Origin: a bacterium
GTDB taxonomy: Bacteria; Bdellovibrionota_C; UBA2361; CALJRW01
DNA length: 64,000 nucleotides
Direction of reading: 5' to 3'
NCBI GenBank assembly: GCA_031385045.1
Contig: JANNBC010000016.1
Span: 1-64,000 of the forward strand
The notes under the pieces are model-generated. The model saw only the letters and a list, made by a program, of their open reading frames with translations. It did not search any database and had not been told where the DNA came from. Below, piece by piece: positions 41,277-52,200 of this stretch (the stretch's first letter is position 1; every line of letters starts with the position of its first letter). The translations under genes and the position numbers were made by a program.

Positions 41277-43148
41277 ATGAATTATTCAGTTATCGTTATC
41301 GGAGGAGGCCATGCCGGAGTTGAAGCGGTTGCTTCCGCTTGTCGACTAGGAGCAAAAGTAGCCTTAGTAACTCTTCGAAAAGAGGGCATTGGGCAGATGT
41401 CTTGTAACCCGGCAATAGGTGGTTTGGGAAAAGGACAGCTAGTTAAGGAAGTTGATGCGCTTGGCGGTTTAATGGGCCAAGCTATTGATAATACTGGAAT
41501 TCAATTTAGAATTTTAAATTCTAGTCGAGGCCCTGCAGTACAGTCTTCTAGGGCACAGGCTGATCGTAATCTATATAAAGCGGAAATTCAGCGACTTCTT
41601 AGCCTCCAGCCTAACCTAGATATTATTGAAGGCGAAGTTGCCGAGATCTTAGCGACAAATAATAGTGTCCAAGGGATTGTTCTTAAGGATGGAACAAGGC
41701 TCAATTCTTCAAACATCGTTCTAACTTCCGGCACTTTTTTACGTGGCTTAATGCATACTGGTTCAGAAATCACAGCGGGTGGAAGGCATGGGGATGTCGC
41801 TTCCAATAATTTGAGTGATTCTTTAAAAAATTTAGGGTTTGAGCTTGGTCGACTAAAGACGGGTACCCCTGCAAGACTTAGACTTTCCTCAATTGATTTC
41901 TCTAAAACAGAAGAACAGGCAGGGGATCTAGTTCCACAACCATTCTCCATGCTTACTAAGCAAATCCAACAAAAACAAATTTCTTGTTGGATTACGAATA
42001 CTTCAGAAGCAACTCATGAGATCATCCGTGTTAACAAAGAGCGTAGTCCAATGTTCAATGGTCAGATTAAATCTGGCGGGCCACGATACTGTCCATCGAT
42101 TGAAGATAAAGTTTTTAGATTTACAGATAAAGACAGTCATCACGTGTTTTTAGAACCAGAAGGTTATACTTCCGATATTGTTTATCCAAATGGAATTTCC
42201 ACAAGCTTGCCACTAGATGTTCAGGACAAATTCATTCGTACAATTCCTGGATTAGAAAATGTTGAAATTATTGTGCCTGGATATGCAGTCGAATATGACA
42301 TGGTAGATCCACGAAATTTAAAACCAACTTTAGAAACTAAATTAATTTCGGGTTTGTTTTTTGCAGGTCAGATTAATGGTACTTCAGGTTATGAAGAAGC
42401 TGCTGGGCAAGGTGTCGTCGCGGGAGCTAATGCCGCACTGCGCTCTAAGGAGCGATCGCAGCTAATACTTTCTCGTGCGGATGCCTACATTGGCGTGATG
42501 ATTGATGACTTAATTAGTAAAGGTGTTGATGAGCCATATCGTATGTTTACCTCTCGTGCTGAATATCGATTAATTCTAAGAGAAGATAATGTTACTCTAA
42601 GACTTTGTCCCTTAGCTAAAGAGCTTGGCCTACTATCAAGTGTCGCCATTAATCGCTTTCGGGAATTGCGAGAATCTTATGTCACACTAGATGCCCATAT
42701 CGAACAAGAAAGAATTTCACCAAAGCGACATCAAAAATTGATTGAAAGCCTGCCCGCTAATAGTGAAGTTAAGGTTGGGACGAAGGTTGCCGATTTAGTA
42801 CGTCGACCAGAGTTAAAACTAGCGCAGATCTTAGAATATTTTCCAGAGTGGGGAATATTTCCAAATCAGATTATTACAATGGTAGAAACTCAATTGAAAT
42901 TTTCTGGTTACATTAAAAGACAAGAGTTGGAGATCGAACAATTAAAAAAAGCTGAGCGACAATTGATCCCAGTAAGTTTTTCCTATGAAAATGTTTCTGG
43001 TTTAAGAGAGGAGTTTAAGCAGAAACTATCGAAAGCTCGTCCACACTCTTTGGGACAAGCAATGCGGATACCTGGCATGACCCCAAGTGCCGTTAGCCTA
43101 CTCTCAATTAGCCTTAAAAAGACATCAACTCAAGAAGTTGTTGCTTAA
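41277..43148 (+). CDS. mnmG: tRNA uridine-5-carboxymethylaminomethyl modification enzyme MnmG (GidA)
   Basis: [55 protein letters not shown]. Confidence 0.98.
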   Translation: MNYSVIVIGGGHAGVEAVASACRLGAKVALVTLRKEGIGQMSCNPAIGGLGKGQLVKEVDALGGLMGQAIDNTGIQFRILNSSRGPAVQSSRAQADRNLYKAEIQRLLSLQPNLDIIEGEVAEILATNNSVQGIVLKDGTRLNSSNIVLTSGTFLRGLMHTGSEITAGGRHGDVASNNLSDSLKNLGFELGRLKTGTPARLRLSSIDFSKTEEQAGDLVPQPFSMLTKQIQQKQISCWITNTSEATHEIIRVNKERSPMFNGQIKSGGPRYCPSIEDKVFRFTDKDSHHVFLEPEGYTSDIVYPNGISTSLPLDVQDKFIRTIPGLENVEIIVPGYAVEYDMVDPRNLKPTLETKLISGLFFAGQINGTSGYEEAAGQGVVAGANAALRSKERSQLILSRADAYIGVMIDDLISKGVDEPYRMFTSRAEYRLILREDNVTLRLCPLAKELGLLSSVAINRFRELRESYVTLDAHIEQERISPKRHQKLIESLPANSEVKVGTKVADLVRRPELKLAQILEYFPEWGIFPNQIITMVETQLKFSGYIKRQELEIEQLKKAERQLIPVSFSYENVSGLREEFKQKLSKARPHSLGQAMRIPGMTPSAVSLLSISLKKTSTQEVVA

Positions 43149-43469
43149 TAAAGTTCTTTAAGGAACACTTTTCGATCGATATCAGGCAAGTTTTATCTAT
43201 CTTAAAATATTTTCAATTAAGTATTTGAAATCATTAAAAAGATATAAAGTTTATCAAATCCCTTAGACTCAAAGTTAAAAATCAAATTTTTGATTATGGC
43301 AAACTCCTGTAGCAAGGTCCGAGTGGTGAAAATTAAATGCCTAAAAAGTAAAAATAACTTATTGCAATTATTTTTTAACGATGTATGTTACTGGTCAGAT
43401 TCAGGAGCTACATGTCCAGCTTTGAATCCGGCCAATATTATTGTTCTTTTTTCGCTAATGGAGAATTAC

Positions 43470-45302
43470 ATGCCAAAATTTCATCAGAAATTTACTCTAA
43501 AAAAAATCTCATGTTTGATTTTTGCCCTACTTTTATCAATGCCAATTCAGGTATTTTCTGAAGCAGCAGAATCATCAAAAAAACTAAGCTTTGAATTTAA
43601 TGACACGAAAGAGTCAGTATTTACAGCTAAATCTGAAGCCGACGTCGACTATCTTTTTGAAAAATCAGCTAGTAGCGAGTATGTTTTAACTCTTAAAGAC
43701 ACTCCACTTCCGGAAGGTCAAGAAGAGTCAATTCTTGCTAAAGATACTGAAGCAGACATCCGTTCAGTTCGTTTTGTTACTAAAGGTGACGATCTTCAAT
43801 TAAGATTCTTCACTAAGCCAAACGTTTTTCTACAAGCTAACCAAAATAAAGGTTCTATAGTTGTGGGCTCTGCGCTTAGCGAGATTGCTCCTGCTGATGT
43901 AATGGCTCAAGCTAGTGAAGTAGAGCTAGAAGGCGAAGTCACTGGTAAGTTTGAAGAAACTTTTAATGAAGGCTTTGACTCCAAGTATACTGGCCGACTA
44001 ATCTCTCTTGATTTGCAAGATACAGATATCGATAACGCTCTAAGGATTATTGCTGAAGTTTCTAACTTAAACATCATTGCTAGCGAAGATGTTCGTGGAA
44101 AAGTCACTTTAAGACTTCAAGATGTTCCTTGGGACCAAGCTTTGGATGTAATTCTTAAAACTAATGGATTAGATTTAGTTCGCGAAGGTAATGTTGTTCG
44201 TATCGCTCCACTAGAAAAGTTAAGAGCTGAGCGCGAAGCATTAAAGCAAGCCAAGCAAGCAGAGGAAGAGTTAGAAGCATTAAGAGTTCAGTATCTAAGA
44301 ATTAGCTACGCACGCGCTTCTGATTTACAACCAATGATTGAAAGCATCCTAACTGAAAGAGGAAGTGTAGCTTTTGATGAAAGAACTAACCAGTTAATCA
44401 TTAAAGACATTTCTCGCGGTCTTACAAATGCTCAAAAATTAGTGGAAAAGTTAGACTTGAGAACTCCTCAGGTTCTAATCGAAGCTCAAATTGTTGAAGC
44501 AACAAGAACGTTTACAAGACGTCTTGGTAGCCAAGTTGGATTTAACTTCTTAAGAAGTCCAGATTTAGGAAATGCACTTCCATACAACTTCCCTAACTCT
44601 TTAGAGATTGGTGGTTCGGCTGTATCTCCTAGTGGTCAATCGAATAATAACGTATCTGAATTTGCTAACGGTGAATCTTCAGCGTTAAGCTTTCTATTCG
44701 GTAGCGCAGATGGAACTAAGAACTTAAGCTTCCGCTTAACTCAAGCTGAAGAAGAAGGTATTGCTAAGATTGTTAGCCGTCCATCTGTTGCTGTTGCTAA
44801 CAATACTCCTGCTGAAATCAAGAGTGTTAGAAAGTTAAGAATTAAACTTCCAGCCGGCGGTGGTGTTAACATCGGAGTAGGTGCTGGTGCTGCAGGCGGT
44901 GGCGGTGGAAACGTTGCTACTGAAACAATTGAAGTTGGTATCGTATTAAACGTTACTGCTCAAGCATCACCTGATTACTTTGTTCTGATGGACATTAAAG
45001 CCAAATCAAGCTCAATCGGTACTTTTGATATTGAAGGGGTTCCGGAAGAGTTGGAAAGATCTGCTACTTCTAGTGTTCTAGTATCAAGTGGCCAGACTTT
45101 TGCAATGGGTGGTATTTATAAAATTGATGAGACTAACGGTGTCAATGGTGTGCCTTTCTTTAAGGATATCCCAGTACTTGGTCACTTCTTTAGAAGCTCA
45201 ACAACAATTGATTCAGATCAAGAGTTGCTGTTTTTCTTAACTCCTCGAATAATCGAAGGTAGTTTTGATGACGCAGCTTTAGAAACAGAGTCAGAAGTAT
45301 AA
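43470..45302 (+). CDS. pilQ: Type IV pilus secretin PilQ
   Basis: GGAG RBS; YTGRLISLDLQD, VPWDQALD, QVLIEAQIVE, VPFFKDIPVLG.FFR, ELLFFLTPRII. Confidence 0.9.
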   Translation: MPKFHQKFTLKKISCLIFALLLSMPIQVFSEAAESSKKLSFEFNDTKESVFTAKSEADVDYLFEKSASSEYVLTLKDTPLPEGQEESILAKDTEADIRSVRFVTKGDDLQLRFFTKPNVFLQANQNKGSIVVGSALSEIAPADVMAQASEVELEGEVTGKFEETFNEGFDSKYTGRLISLDLQDTDIDNALRIIAEVSNLNIIASEDVRGKVTLRLQDVPWDQALDVILKTNGLDLVREGNVVRIAPLEKLRAEREALKQAKQAEEELEALRVQYLRISYARASDLQPMIESILTERGSVAFDERTNQLIIKDISRGLTNAQKLVEKLDLRTPQVLIEAQIVEATRTFTRRLGSQVGFNFLRSPDLGNALPYNFPNSLEIGGSAVSPSGQSNNNVSEFANGESSALSFLFGSADGTKNLSFRLTQAEEEGIAKIVSRPSVAVANNTPAEIKSVRKLRIKLPAGGGVNIGVGAGAAGGGGGNVATETIEVGIVLNVTAQASPDYFVLMDIKAKSSSIGTFDIEGVPEELERSATSSVLVSSGQTFAMGGIYKIDETNGVNGVPFFKDIPVLGHFFRSSTTIDSDQELLFFLTPRIIEGSFDDAALETESEV

Positions 45303-45323
45303 TTTTTCTTGGAGATATATCAA

Positions 45324-45929
45324 ATGAAACTACTTAAACTGTTTCTAATTACCCTTACAGTCTTTGCCGTATCTTGCGGAGATTCCGTCAGAAACGATAA
45401 TGGCGTTAGCTTTACATTCTTTGGTTGGTTCCAAGATGATGCTGGTGATGTCAGTGCTACCTTTGGCAGATTTGCATTAGAAGGTAACGGTATTGCAACT
45501 GGCACTGAAGTTTATGCGGGATTACAAAACAACCTTTCTGGTCAATTCATCATCGTGGAAAGAGCCTACCATACGTACACTGTTCCAGGCTCAGCAATAA
45601 GAATTCCTTCAACATCTGTTGGGGTATCTTCTTTAGTTCGCCCTGGCCCAGTTAGTACAACGATTGGGAACACAACGTTACCAAACAATGCGCTTACAGA
45701 CACTAATGCCACTTACGCCGGTACTAACCTTATGCCTGCAACAATTGGTCAATTTATCTCCCTAAACAGAGATCAGTTACCAAGACTTCCTTTTCAAATG
45801 GTTGTTTCAACTTATTTTGAAGGTGTAACTTCAGCCGGAAGAAGAATCAAATCAAATCCAATTCAATTTGAAATTGAGGTTGTATCTGATATGAACATCG
45901 GTGGTGCAGCAGAGGATCCAGCGGCTTAA
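45324..45929 (+). CDS. Lipoprotein of unknown function in the pilQ operon
   Basis: Lipobox FAVSC; GGAG RBS. Confidence 0.8.
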   Translation: MKLLKLFLITLTVFAVSCGDSVRNDNGVSFTFFGWFQDDAGDVSATFGRFALEGNGIATGTEVYAGLQNNLSGQFIIVERAYHTYTVPGSAIRIPSTSVGVSSLVRPGPVSTTIGNTTLPNNALTDTNATYAGTNLMPATIGQFISLNRDQLPRLPFQMVVSTYFEGVTSAGRRIKSNPIQFEIEVVSDMNIGGAAEDPAA

Positions 45930-45985
45930 TTTTTTAGCAACTGATTATTTTAATGAAGAATATTTTTTTAATGAGGAAGGCTCTA

Positions 45986-46972
45986 ATGAATAAGAAATTA
46001 TTTCTAATTCTACTTACCATGGTATCAGTGGCAACAGTTGCCTGTAACAGTGGTAAGACTGCTGATAGTGGGGATACTGATTTGTCATCAATCTTTGTTT
46101 CGGACAATGGCAATACGGGTCGAGTTCAAATCGATCTCTCAACTACTGAGATTCCAGTAGCAGGTACAGCATCTTTTCATGTATCAGCAATTGGCGTTGA
46201 TGGTCAGGCAGTTACTAATGTCAGAATTGTTTGTGATACAGAAAATGATTTAAGAATTATCGAGCCTAGCTCAGGTACCTTTTACACTGCAGGTTATGGA
46301 TCTGCTAGTGGAGTTATTGGATGTGAAGACAACGGTAGCTTTCTTTTCGCTTGTAGTTTAGGCGATGGGCCAACTTTAAGAGATACTGTCTTAGTTAAGT
46401 GCCAAGGAACAAGACCGATTGGATTCGCTGGATTTCCAGGATCGTTTGGTGGTGGTTTAGGCAATGGTGTTAGTGACATCGGTAGCGATGAAGAAGATCC
46501 AGACAATACCGGATTTACAGTTCGTTTAACTAGCGTTGAATTTATTGAATTGGGAAGCCCAACTAGCTCAATCGATATTCAGCAAGGACAAAACTGTGAT
46601 GGTGATGTTACAACTAATGATCCAGAGCCGTTCTCGGATGCTTCAGTAAGATTTACTGTAAGCAATAGCACGGAACAGATTGTTCGTTATACCTCATACA
46701 GCTATGAAGTTTTAGACTTGGATGGAAGCGTTGTTGATGAGTCTCCAGTGCTAAATCTTATTGGTGAAGCAGTTGGTGGAGGTTCTTCTGGGACATTTAC
46801 AGGTTTATTTGGCTTCGCTAATGGTGGTGTTAAATCTGTACCAGGAAATAGCAATTTTACTTCCGGATTTAAAAATATCAGATTTACTCTGTATGGAACT
46901 CTTTCTGATGGAAGTCAGCAAGATATTACTGCTAGCCAGGCTGGAAGTTTTAACAATTTCAACAATTGTTAG
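45986..46972 (+). CDS. Lipoprotein (Ig-like, Cys pairs) in the pilQ operon
   Basis: Lipobox TVAC; beta-rich, acidic. Confidence 0.8.
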   Translation: MNKKLFLILLTMVSVATVACNSGKTADSGDTDLSSIFVSDNGNTGRVQIDLSTTEIPVAGTASFHVSAIGVDGQAVTNVRIVCDTENDLRIIEPSSGTFYTAGYGSASGVIGCEDNGSFLFACSLGDGPTLRDTVLVKCQGTRPIGFAGFPGSFGGGLGNGVSDIGSDEEDPDNTGFTVRLTSVEFIELGSPTSSIDIQQGQNCDGDVTTNDPEPFSDASVRFTVSNSTEQIVRYTSYSYEVLDLDGSVVDESPVLNLIGEAVGGGSSGTFTGLFGFANGGVKSVPGNSNFTSGFKNIRFTLYGTLSDGSQQDITASQAGSFNNFNNC

Positions 46973-47005
46973 TCCTGCTTGAGTTTTAGGCAAAATTAAA
47001 CTATT

Positions 47006-47040
47006 AATAAAAGCCGTTTCAACACGGCTTTTTTTATTTT
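47006..47040 (+). terminator. Rho-independent terminator
   Basis: AAAAGCCGT-TTCAAC-ACGGCTTTTTTT. Confidence 0.8.
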
Positions 47041-47052
47041 CCCTATCAGACA

Positions 47053-47535
47053 ATGAACTTAAAAGATTTACAAAAGATTATTGATATACTTAAAGAGAGT
47101 GACGTTAATGAATTCCATCTAGAAGAAGAAGGAACTTCGATTAAGTTAATTCGTGGTGTTTCTTTTGCGACACAGTCACAAGTAAATACCTACGCAACTC
47201 CGCAGTACGCTCAGCAACAACAGCAAATGCCCACAAGTGTAACTGTTAATGTTCCGGTCAATGCAGTTACTGAAGCGATCAAGGAAGATGAAGGTTTATT
47301 TAAGGTAGAGTCTCCAATAGTTGGAACTTTTTTCCGGAAGCCTTCACCAGATAGTCCATCCTTTGCCGAGGTTGGTAAGGTTGTGAAAAAAGGAGACAAG
47401 CTTTGTATCATCGAAGCGATGAAGTTAATGAACGAAATTGATGCACCAATTTCTGGAACAATTGAAAAAATCTTAGCGCAAGACGGACAGGTAGTGGAGT
47501 TTGGTGAGCCACTATTCTTAATTAGACCTTCTTAA
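47053..47535 (+). CDS. accB: Acetyl-CoA carboxylase biotin carboxyl carrier protein
   Basis: [18 protein letters not shown]. Confidence 0.96.
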   Translation: MNLKDLQKIIDILKESDVNEFHLEEEGTSIKLIRGVSFATQSQVNTYATPQYAQQQQQMPTSVTVNVPVNAVTEAIKEDEGLFKVESPIVGTFFRKPSPDSPSFAEVGKVVKKGDKLCIIEAMKLMNEIDAPISGTIEKILAQDGQVVEFGEPLFLIRPS

Positions 47536-47555
47536 CCTGATCAAACAAAAATAAT

Positions 47556-48920
47556 ATGTCTGAACCAACTAAGTTTAATAAAATCTTAATTGCTAACCGT
47601 GGAGAAATTGCTCTTCGTGTTATTAGAGCCTGCCATGAGTTAGGAATTAAAACAGTAGCAGTCCATTCTCAAGCGGACGTAGATGCGCTTCACGTTAAGT
47701 TAGCAACTGAGTCTATTTGCATTGGACCAGCATCGGCAAAATTAAGTTACTTAAATATCCCATCGGTAGTTTCTGCTGCTGTGGCAACAGGGGCAGATGC
47801 GATTCACCCCGGGTATGGATTCTTAAGTGAAAACTCCAAATTTGCTGAGGTTTGTGCCTCTTGTGGTATTACCTTTATTGGCCCAAATGTTAAAAATATG
47901 CGCATGATGGGTGACAAGGCTCGTGCTCGTAGAGCCGCAGAAAAAGCAGGTGTACCAACAATTCCGGGTATTAGTGAAGGCTTAATTGATGCTAAATCTG
48001 CTCTGCCGATCGCTGAGGGCATTGGATATCCAGTACTATTAAAAAGCTGTGCCGGAGGCGGTGGTCGTGGAATGAAAATTGTTCATAATTCTGATGAATT
48101 TGAGAATTTATTTAATACAGCTGCTCGCGAAGTCGAAGCAGCTTTTGGCGATCCAAGTCTAATCATTGAGAAATTTCTTCCACGAGTTAGACACATTGAA
48201 GTTCAAATCGCTGGTGATAAATTTGGTAATGTAGTTCATCTAGGAATCAGAGACTGTTCCATGCAACGTCGCTATCAAAAACTAGTTGAAGAGTCCCCGT
48301 CAATCGGTCTACCAATGGAGCTTCAAGAGCAGATCCAAAATGCAGCTGTAGAGCTCGGAAGATCTGCCAATTACACCAATGTCGGAACGGTGGAATTTTT
48401 AGCTGATCTAGAAAACAATAAATTTTATTTTATTGAAATGAATACCAGATTACAGGTAGAACATCCTGTAACTGAGATGGCTACTGGAATTGATTTAGTA
48501 AAAGAACAAATTAGTCTTGCAGCTGGCAATCCTTTAAGTAAGACGCAGGATCAAATCATCCCAACAGGGCATACGATTGAAGTAAGGATTAACGCTGAGG
48601 ATTCCAGAACCTATGTACCTTCACCTGGTAAAATCACTAGTTTTCATGCTCCGGGTGGCTTTGGAGTTAGGGTTGATTCCGCGATTTATCATGGTTATGT
48701 GGTTCAGCCACACTATGATTCTATGATTGCTAAATTAATTGTCAAAGCAGATACTAGAGAGAAATGTATTAACAAAGCACTAGTTGCTCTTGATGAATTT
48801 ATTATTGAAGGAATCAAGACAAATATTGAAATGCAACGTCGGATTCTATTAAACGCAGATTTCCGTAGCGGTAATTTTTATACCAAATATTTAGATAGTG
48901 TTGATTTATTTGCCAGCTAA
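47556..48920 (+). CDS. accC: Biotin carboxylase
   Basis: ANRGEIA, HPGYGFLSEN, GGGGRGM, EMNTRLQVEHPVTE, YDSMIAK. Confidence 0.97.
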   Translation: MSEPTKFNKILIANRGEIALRVIRACHELGIKTVAVHSQADVDALHVKLATESICIGPASAKLSYLNIPSVVSAAVATGADAIHPGYGFLSENSKFAEVCASCGITFIGPNVKNMRMMGDKARARRAAEKAGVPTIPGISEGLIDAKSALPIAEGIGYPVLLKSCAGGGGRGMKIVHNSDEFENLFNTAAREVEAAFGDPSLIIEKFLPRVRHIEVQIAGDKFGNVVHLGIRDCSMQRRYQKLVEESPSIGLPMELQEQIQNAAVELGRSANYTNVGTVEFLADLENNKFYFIEMNTRLQVEHPVTEMATGIDLVKEQISLAAGNPLSKTQDQIIPTGHTIEVRINAEDSRTYVPSPGKITSFHAPGGFGVRVDSAIYHGYVVQPHYDSMIAKLIVKADTREKCINKALVALDEFIIEGIKTNIEMQRRILLNADFRSGNFYTKYLDSVDLFAS

Positions 48921-48927
48921 ATTACTA

Positions 48928-49950
48928 ATGAAGAATTTAAGCATTAGGTTTTTGGTATTATTTTCTCTATCGTTTTTTTTATCTTCTAAAGTAATTGCAG
49001 AGATAGAGCCATTAGTTTCCACAATTAAAGTTAGTAGCTCTAGTTTTGATTTTGGAAATGTCCTCGAAGGTGAAAAGGTTACCGCTCATTTTCAAATTGA
49101 AAATACTGGTAACGCTCCATTAAATATTATTAATTTTATTCCAAGTTGTGGTTGCCTAGTTGCAAAGCTTGATTCGCAAATAATTCCCGCAGGTGCCATA
49201 TTACCTATCTCCGCTGAGTTTGATACTCGGGGGTTTTCTGGTTTTCAGTCACAGCAAATTGCTTTTAACACCGATAACCTAGAGCAAAAACAAGTTCTTT
49301 TTACAATCCAAGGAAATGTTGAGCCAGAGTTACTAGTTGAGCCAGATAAGATTTTTATTTCTCAAATCGCACCTCAAGAACTACTAAATTCTCCTGAGCT
49401 TAAATTCAAAGTCTCTGTTAATACTAAGAGTAAAGCTACAATCACTGATTTAATTGATCTTAGTCAGCTAGTAGAAATAAAAGATTTAAAAATATCTTCA
49501 AAGCAAGCTACCTTTGTTGCTAAGTATTTATTGCCTACAAAATCAGGACTATTTCGTGACCGCCTATCAATTATTTTAAAGGATGGTAGTCAAAAAAGCT
49601 ATAACGTCCCAATTTTTATTAAGGTCGAGGATCAATTAGAGATTACACCGCCGGCCTTGTCTTTCGGACTAATTCAGCCAGGTGGTAAGATTACTAAGAA
49701 ATTAAAAATTAAATTTCAAAAAGAATTGCAACTAAAGATCCTTAGTCTGACATCAGAAAACCCAGCTATTTCAGCAGAGCTTGATCCAAAGTTATCTAAC
49801 GATAATACTTTGGTTGTAAACGTAACGATCGATCCGGATCAGGTTCAAGAGAATATTTTAACTGATTTGATACTTACTACAAATCAAGCTGATTTATCTG
49901 AGCTTCGGGTAAATGTATTTGCAACAATTCCTCCAATCTTGGAAGATTAG
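48928..49950 (+). CDS. DUF1573 (Ig-like) periplasmic protein
   Basis: FDFG.V..F.IENTG..PL.I....SCGC motif; signal peptide. Confidence 0.85.
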   Translation: MKNLSIRFLVLFSLSFFLSSKVIAEIEPLVSTIKVSSSSFDFGNVLEGEKVTAHFQIENTGNAPLNIINFIPSCGCLVAKLDSQIIPAGAILPISAEFDTRGFSGFQSQQIAFNTDNLEQKQVLFTIQGNVEPELLVEPDKIFISQIAPQELLNSPELKFKVSVNTKSKATITDLIDLSQLVEIKDLKISSKQATFVAKYLLPTKSGLFRDRLSIILKDGSQKSYNVPIFIKVEDQLEITPPALSFGLIQPGGKITKKLKIKFQKELQLKILSLTSENPAISAELDPKLSNDNTLVVNVTIDPDQVQENILTDLILTTNQADLSELRVNVFATIPPILED

Positions 49951-49990
49951 TTTTTAAAAGCAAAATCCTTAGTTGGAATTTGAAAAAGAT

Positions 49991-51652
49991 ATGTACTACT
50001 TGCGATCATTAATTTTATTATTATTGTTATTAGTCAGTAGTGCTAACTTGTCCTTTGCTGACAAAGTCACAATTTATAATTTAGATTTTGCATACTCGAT
50101 TGAATCACAAATTGATTCTGAGCAGAAGGAAATTAAAATTGGAGACTACTCTAAGATTATTAAAATCAGTAATCTGCATGATTTTATTGTTGAGCACTAT
50201 TTCTTCCACACTAATACCGAATATAGCTTTGCCGAGCTTCGCGATTTTCTAAAGGCTTCTGTAACTGATAACAGACCCTCCTTGGTAGCTTATATTATTA
50301 AAAAAGCAACCTTACAGCGTGACTGGACTTTCGCTCAAGCATCGGAGATGTTCTCTCTCTTAACTCCAGAATTTATCGCCCAAATTGCTAAAAAAGATCA
50401 GTTTGAACTTGATTATCAACTGAGTAAGCGGACCAATGTAGGCAAGTATTTTCTTTTAATTGCCACTGAACATTACTCCGATAGCTTCTTAAGGAATTGT
50501 TGCTCTAAGCCTTTTAATTTATTACCTTCGGTCGCTTTCTACTTGAGGCAGAAGCTTTCACTAGGAAATTCCCCAGTAGAAATAATTAATGATTTTTACC
50601 GTAAGAAATCAGAAATCTTAAGTAATGAAGATTTAAAAACAATTGAAAAAATCCTTTCATATCTGCAGGTCATGGGTCAGTTAAACTCGAGCTTTCCAAA
50701 GACCTATGAAACTATCAAGAAAGAATATCCTAGCTATTTTTCTGAGCTGAAAGAATTTTTCTTGGTTCTTAGACAACAAGCCCTAGATCAAGCAATTAAA
50801 CTGAAGAACTTTCAGCTAGCATTTGATTTATTACTTTTGCAGGATGTTAAAGAGCGCACCGAAGATACCCACAAGCTTGTAAAAGACTTGTTACAAGAAC
50901 TTGATTTAGGCTTTGCTCCGCTATTAATTATTGACCCCTATAAATCTTACCTTAAAACTATTGCCGAGAAAGATTATCAGGTTAAAGAAGCTGTGATTGC
51001 CGCACTAGAAAAAGTAGTCAAAGGCCTAGTTGATTCAGGGAAAGTTTTTGAATCGAAGGAATACCTTCCCGAAATCTTCTTGTATCGGGAGAATCCAAAT
51101 TCTGAAAATACTAAATTAGTTTTTTTATTAATTAAAGAACTGGATCGGGGTGGGCTTCGAGATCAGATCTACCTACTTCGAGATACTTACGAATTAAATT
51201 ATTCGGTCGGGCAAAAATTTTGGTTTTTTAAGCGAGGCTATTATTTTAGCTTATTATTTATCTGGGCTTTCCTAGCTATAATTATTGCCTTCTTTATCCT
51301 TGTTTACTTTAAAATTATTAAAATAGATAAGTACCAGATTTTCCTTAAGAAGCTTTTAAAAGATTTAATTAGTATTAAACCAGTTATCACAAAAGGCCCG
51401 GCGAATCAGTTTAATCACCAATTTGATCAGTTAAACAGTGATCGCCAAAAGTTCAAATCCATGCTGAAGTATTTTGAGATGACTGAAAAATCTACTTTAG
51501 AACAAATTAAAAGTAACTATCGTAAAAAGATCAAAGCTTATCACCCTGATTTAAATCCAAATCAAAGTGAAATAGATAAAGCAAGATTTCTAGAAATAAC
51601 GGAACGCTATGAAGAATTGCTTGGCCTATACTCTCGTTTTGGTCCTAAGTAG
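49991..51652 (+). CDS. Membrane protein with a C-terminal J-domain
   Basis: Signal peptide, large helical domain, TM, then IKSNYRKKIKAYHPDLN..FLEITERYE. Confidence 0.8.
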   Translation: MYYLRSLILLLLLLVSSANLSFADKVTIYNLDFAYSIESQIDSEQKEIKIGDYSKIIKISNLHDFIVEHYFFHTNTEYSFAELRDFLKASVTDNRPSLVAYIIKKATLQRDWTFAQASEMFSLLTPEFIAQIAKKDQFELDYQLSKRTNVGKYFLLIATEHYSDSFLRNCCSKPFNLLPSVAFYLRQKLSLGNSPVEIINDFYRKKSEILSNEDLKTIEKILSYLQVMGQLNSSFPKTYETIKKEYPSYFSELKEFFLVLRQQALDQAIKLKNFQLAFDLLLLQDVKERTEDTHKLVKDLLQELDLGFAPLLIIDPYKSYLKTIAEKDYQVKEAVIAALEKVVKGLVDSGKVFESKEYLPEIFLYRENPNSENTKLVFLLIKELDRGGLRDQIYLLRDTYELNYSVGQKFWFFKRGYYFSLLFIWAFLAIIIAFFILVYFKIIKIDKYQIFLKKLLKDLISIKPVITKGPANQFNHQFDQLNSDRQKFKSMLKYFEMTEKSTLEQIKSNYRKKIKAYHPDLNPNQSEIDKARFLEITERYEELLGLYSRFGPK

Positions 51653-51911
51653 TGCTCTGTTTCTAAGCCTTCTTGCCATATTTAAATTTGCTAAGCAGTA
51701 CTCTTTTCTTGGTGCTAAAAGAATCCCTCGCCAAATTTGTTGCTGATTAGAGTAGTTTTCTGTTTCTAGTTTTTGTAAGTTATTCATACAATTTATATTG
51801 CAAAAAACATGCCAGTAATTAACCACAGCAAGCCTTATTAAACTGTATCTTCGTGTAGAAAAACTCCCCTATGCTGTTGAGTTTTTCAGCAAGTAAAGCT
51901 AGTCTTATCCT

Positions 51912-51995
51912 GGGCAAGGCGCGAGGTAGCTTGCGAAACTGGTCAGATTCGGAAGGAAGCAGCCATAAGCGAATCCTACTTGTGTTGCTTTGCCC
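51912..51995 (+). ncRNA. ffs: Signal recognition particle RNA (small, 4.5S type)
   Basis: GGTCAGATTCGGAAGGAAGCAGCC domain IV motif in a long hairpin closed by GGGCAAGG/CTTTGCCC; upstream of dnaX. Confidence 0.92.
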
Positions 51996-52200
51996 GCTTT
52001 CGCTGAAGCTTCAGCGTGGTAAACCCGTTTTCTCACCTTTTGGTACACACTAGATTTTGCTATTCAATAGCTAGGTCTATTGTGTCCCAAAAGGGTAGAA
52101 TCACGCCGAAGCTTGTTAGATTATTATATCTGCAAAAAACTTTAGAGCGAAGGCGGATTGCTCATAGTATATAGGTCTTTTCTTTTGTATAATCTTCCAC

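Noticed and set aside
43290..43469. 60-aa N-terminal extension of PilQ
   Set aside because: RBS and signal peptide indicate a start at 43470
51626..51826. Small minus-strand ORF
   Set aside because: No motif and overlaps the end of the J-domain gene; cannot be supported
51858..51890. AAACTCCCCTATGCTGTTGAG resembles the reverse att repeat
   Set aside because: Opposite orientation, in the core region, and explained by a local AAAAACTC/GAGTTTTT hairpin; likely chance
51871..52053. 60-aa ORF
   Set aside because: Overlaps the SRP RNA
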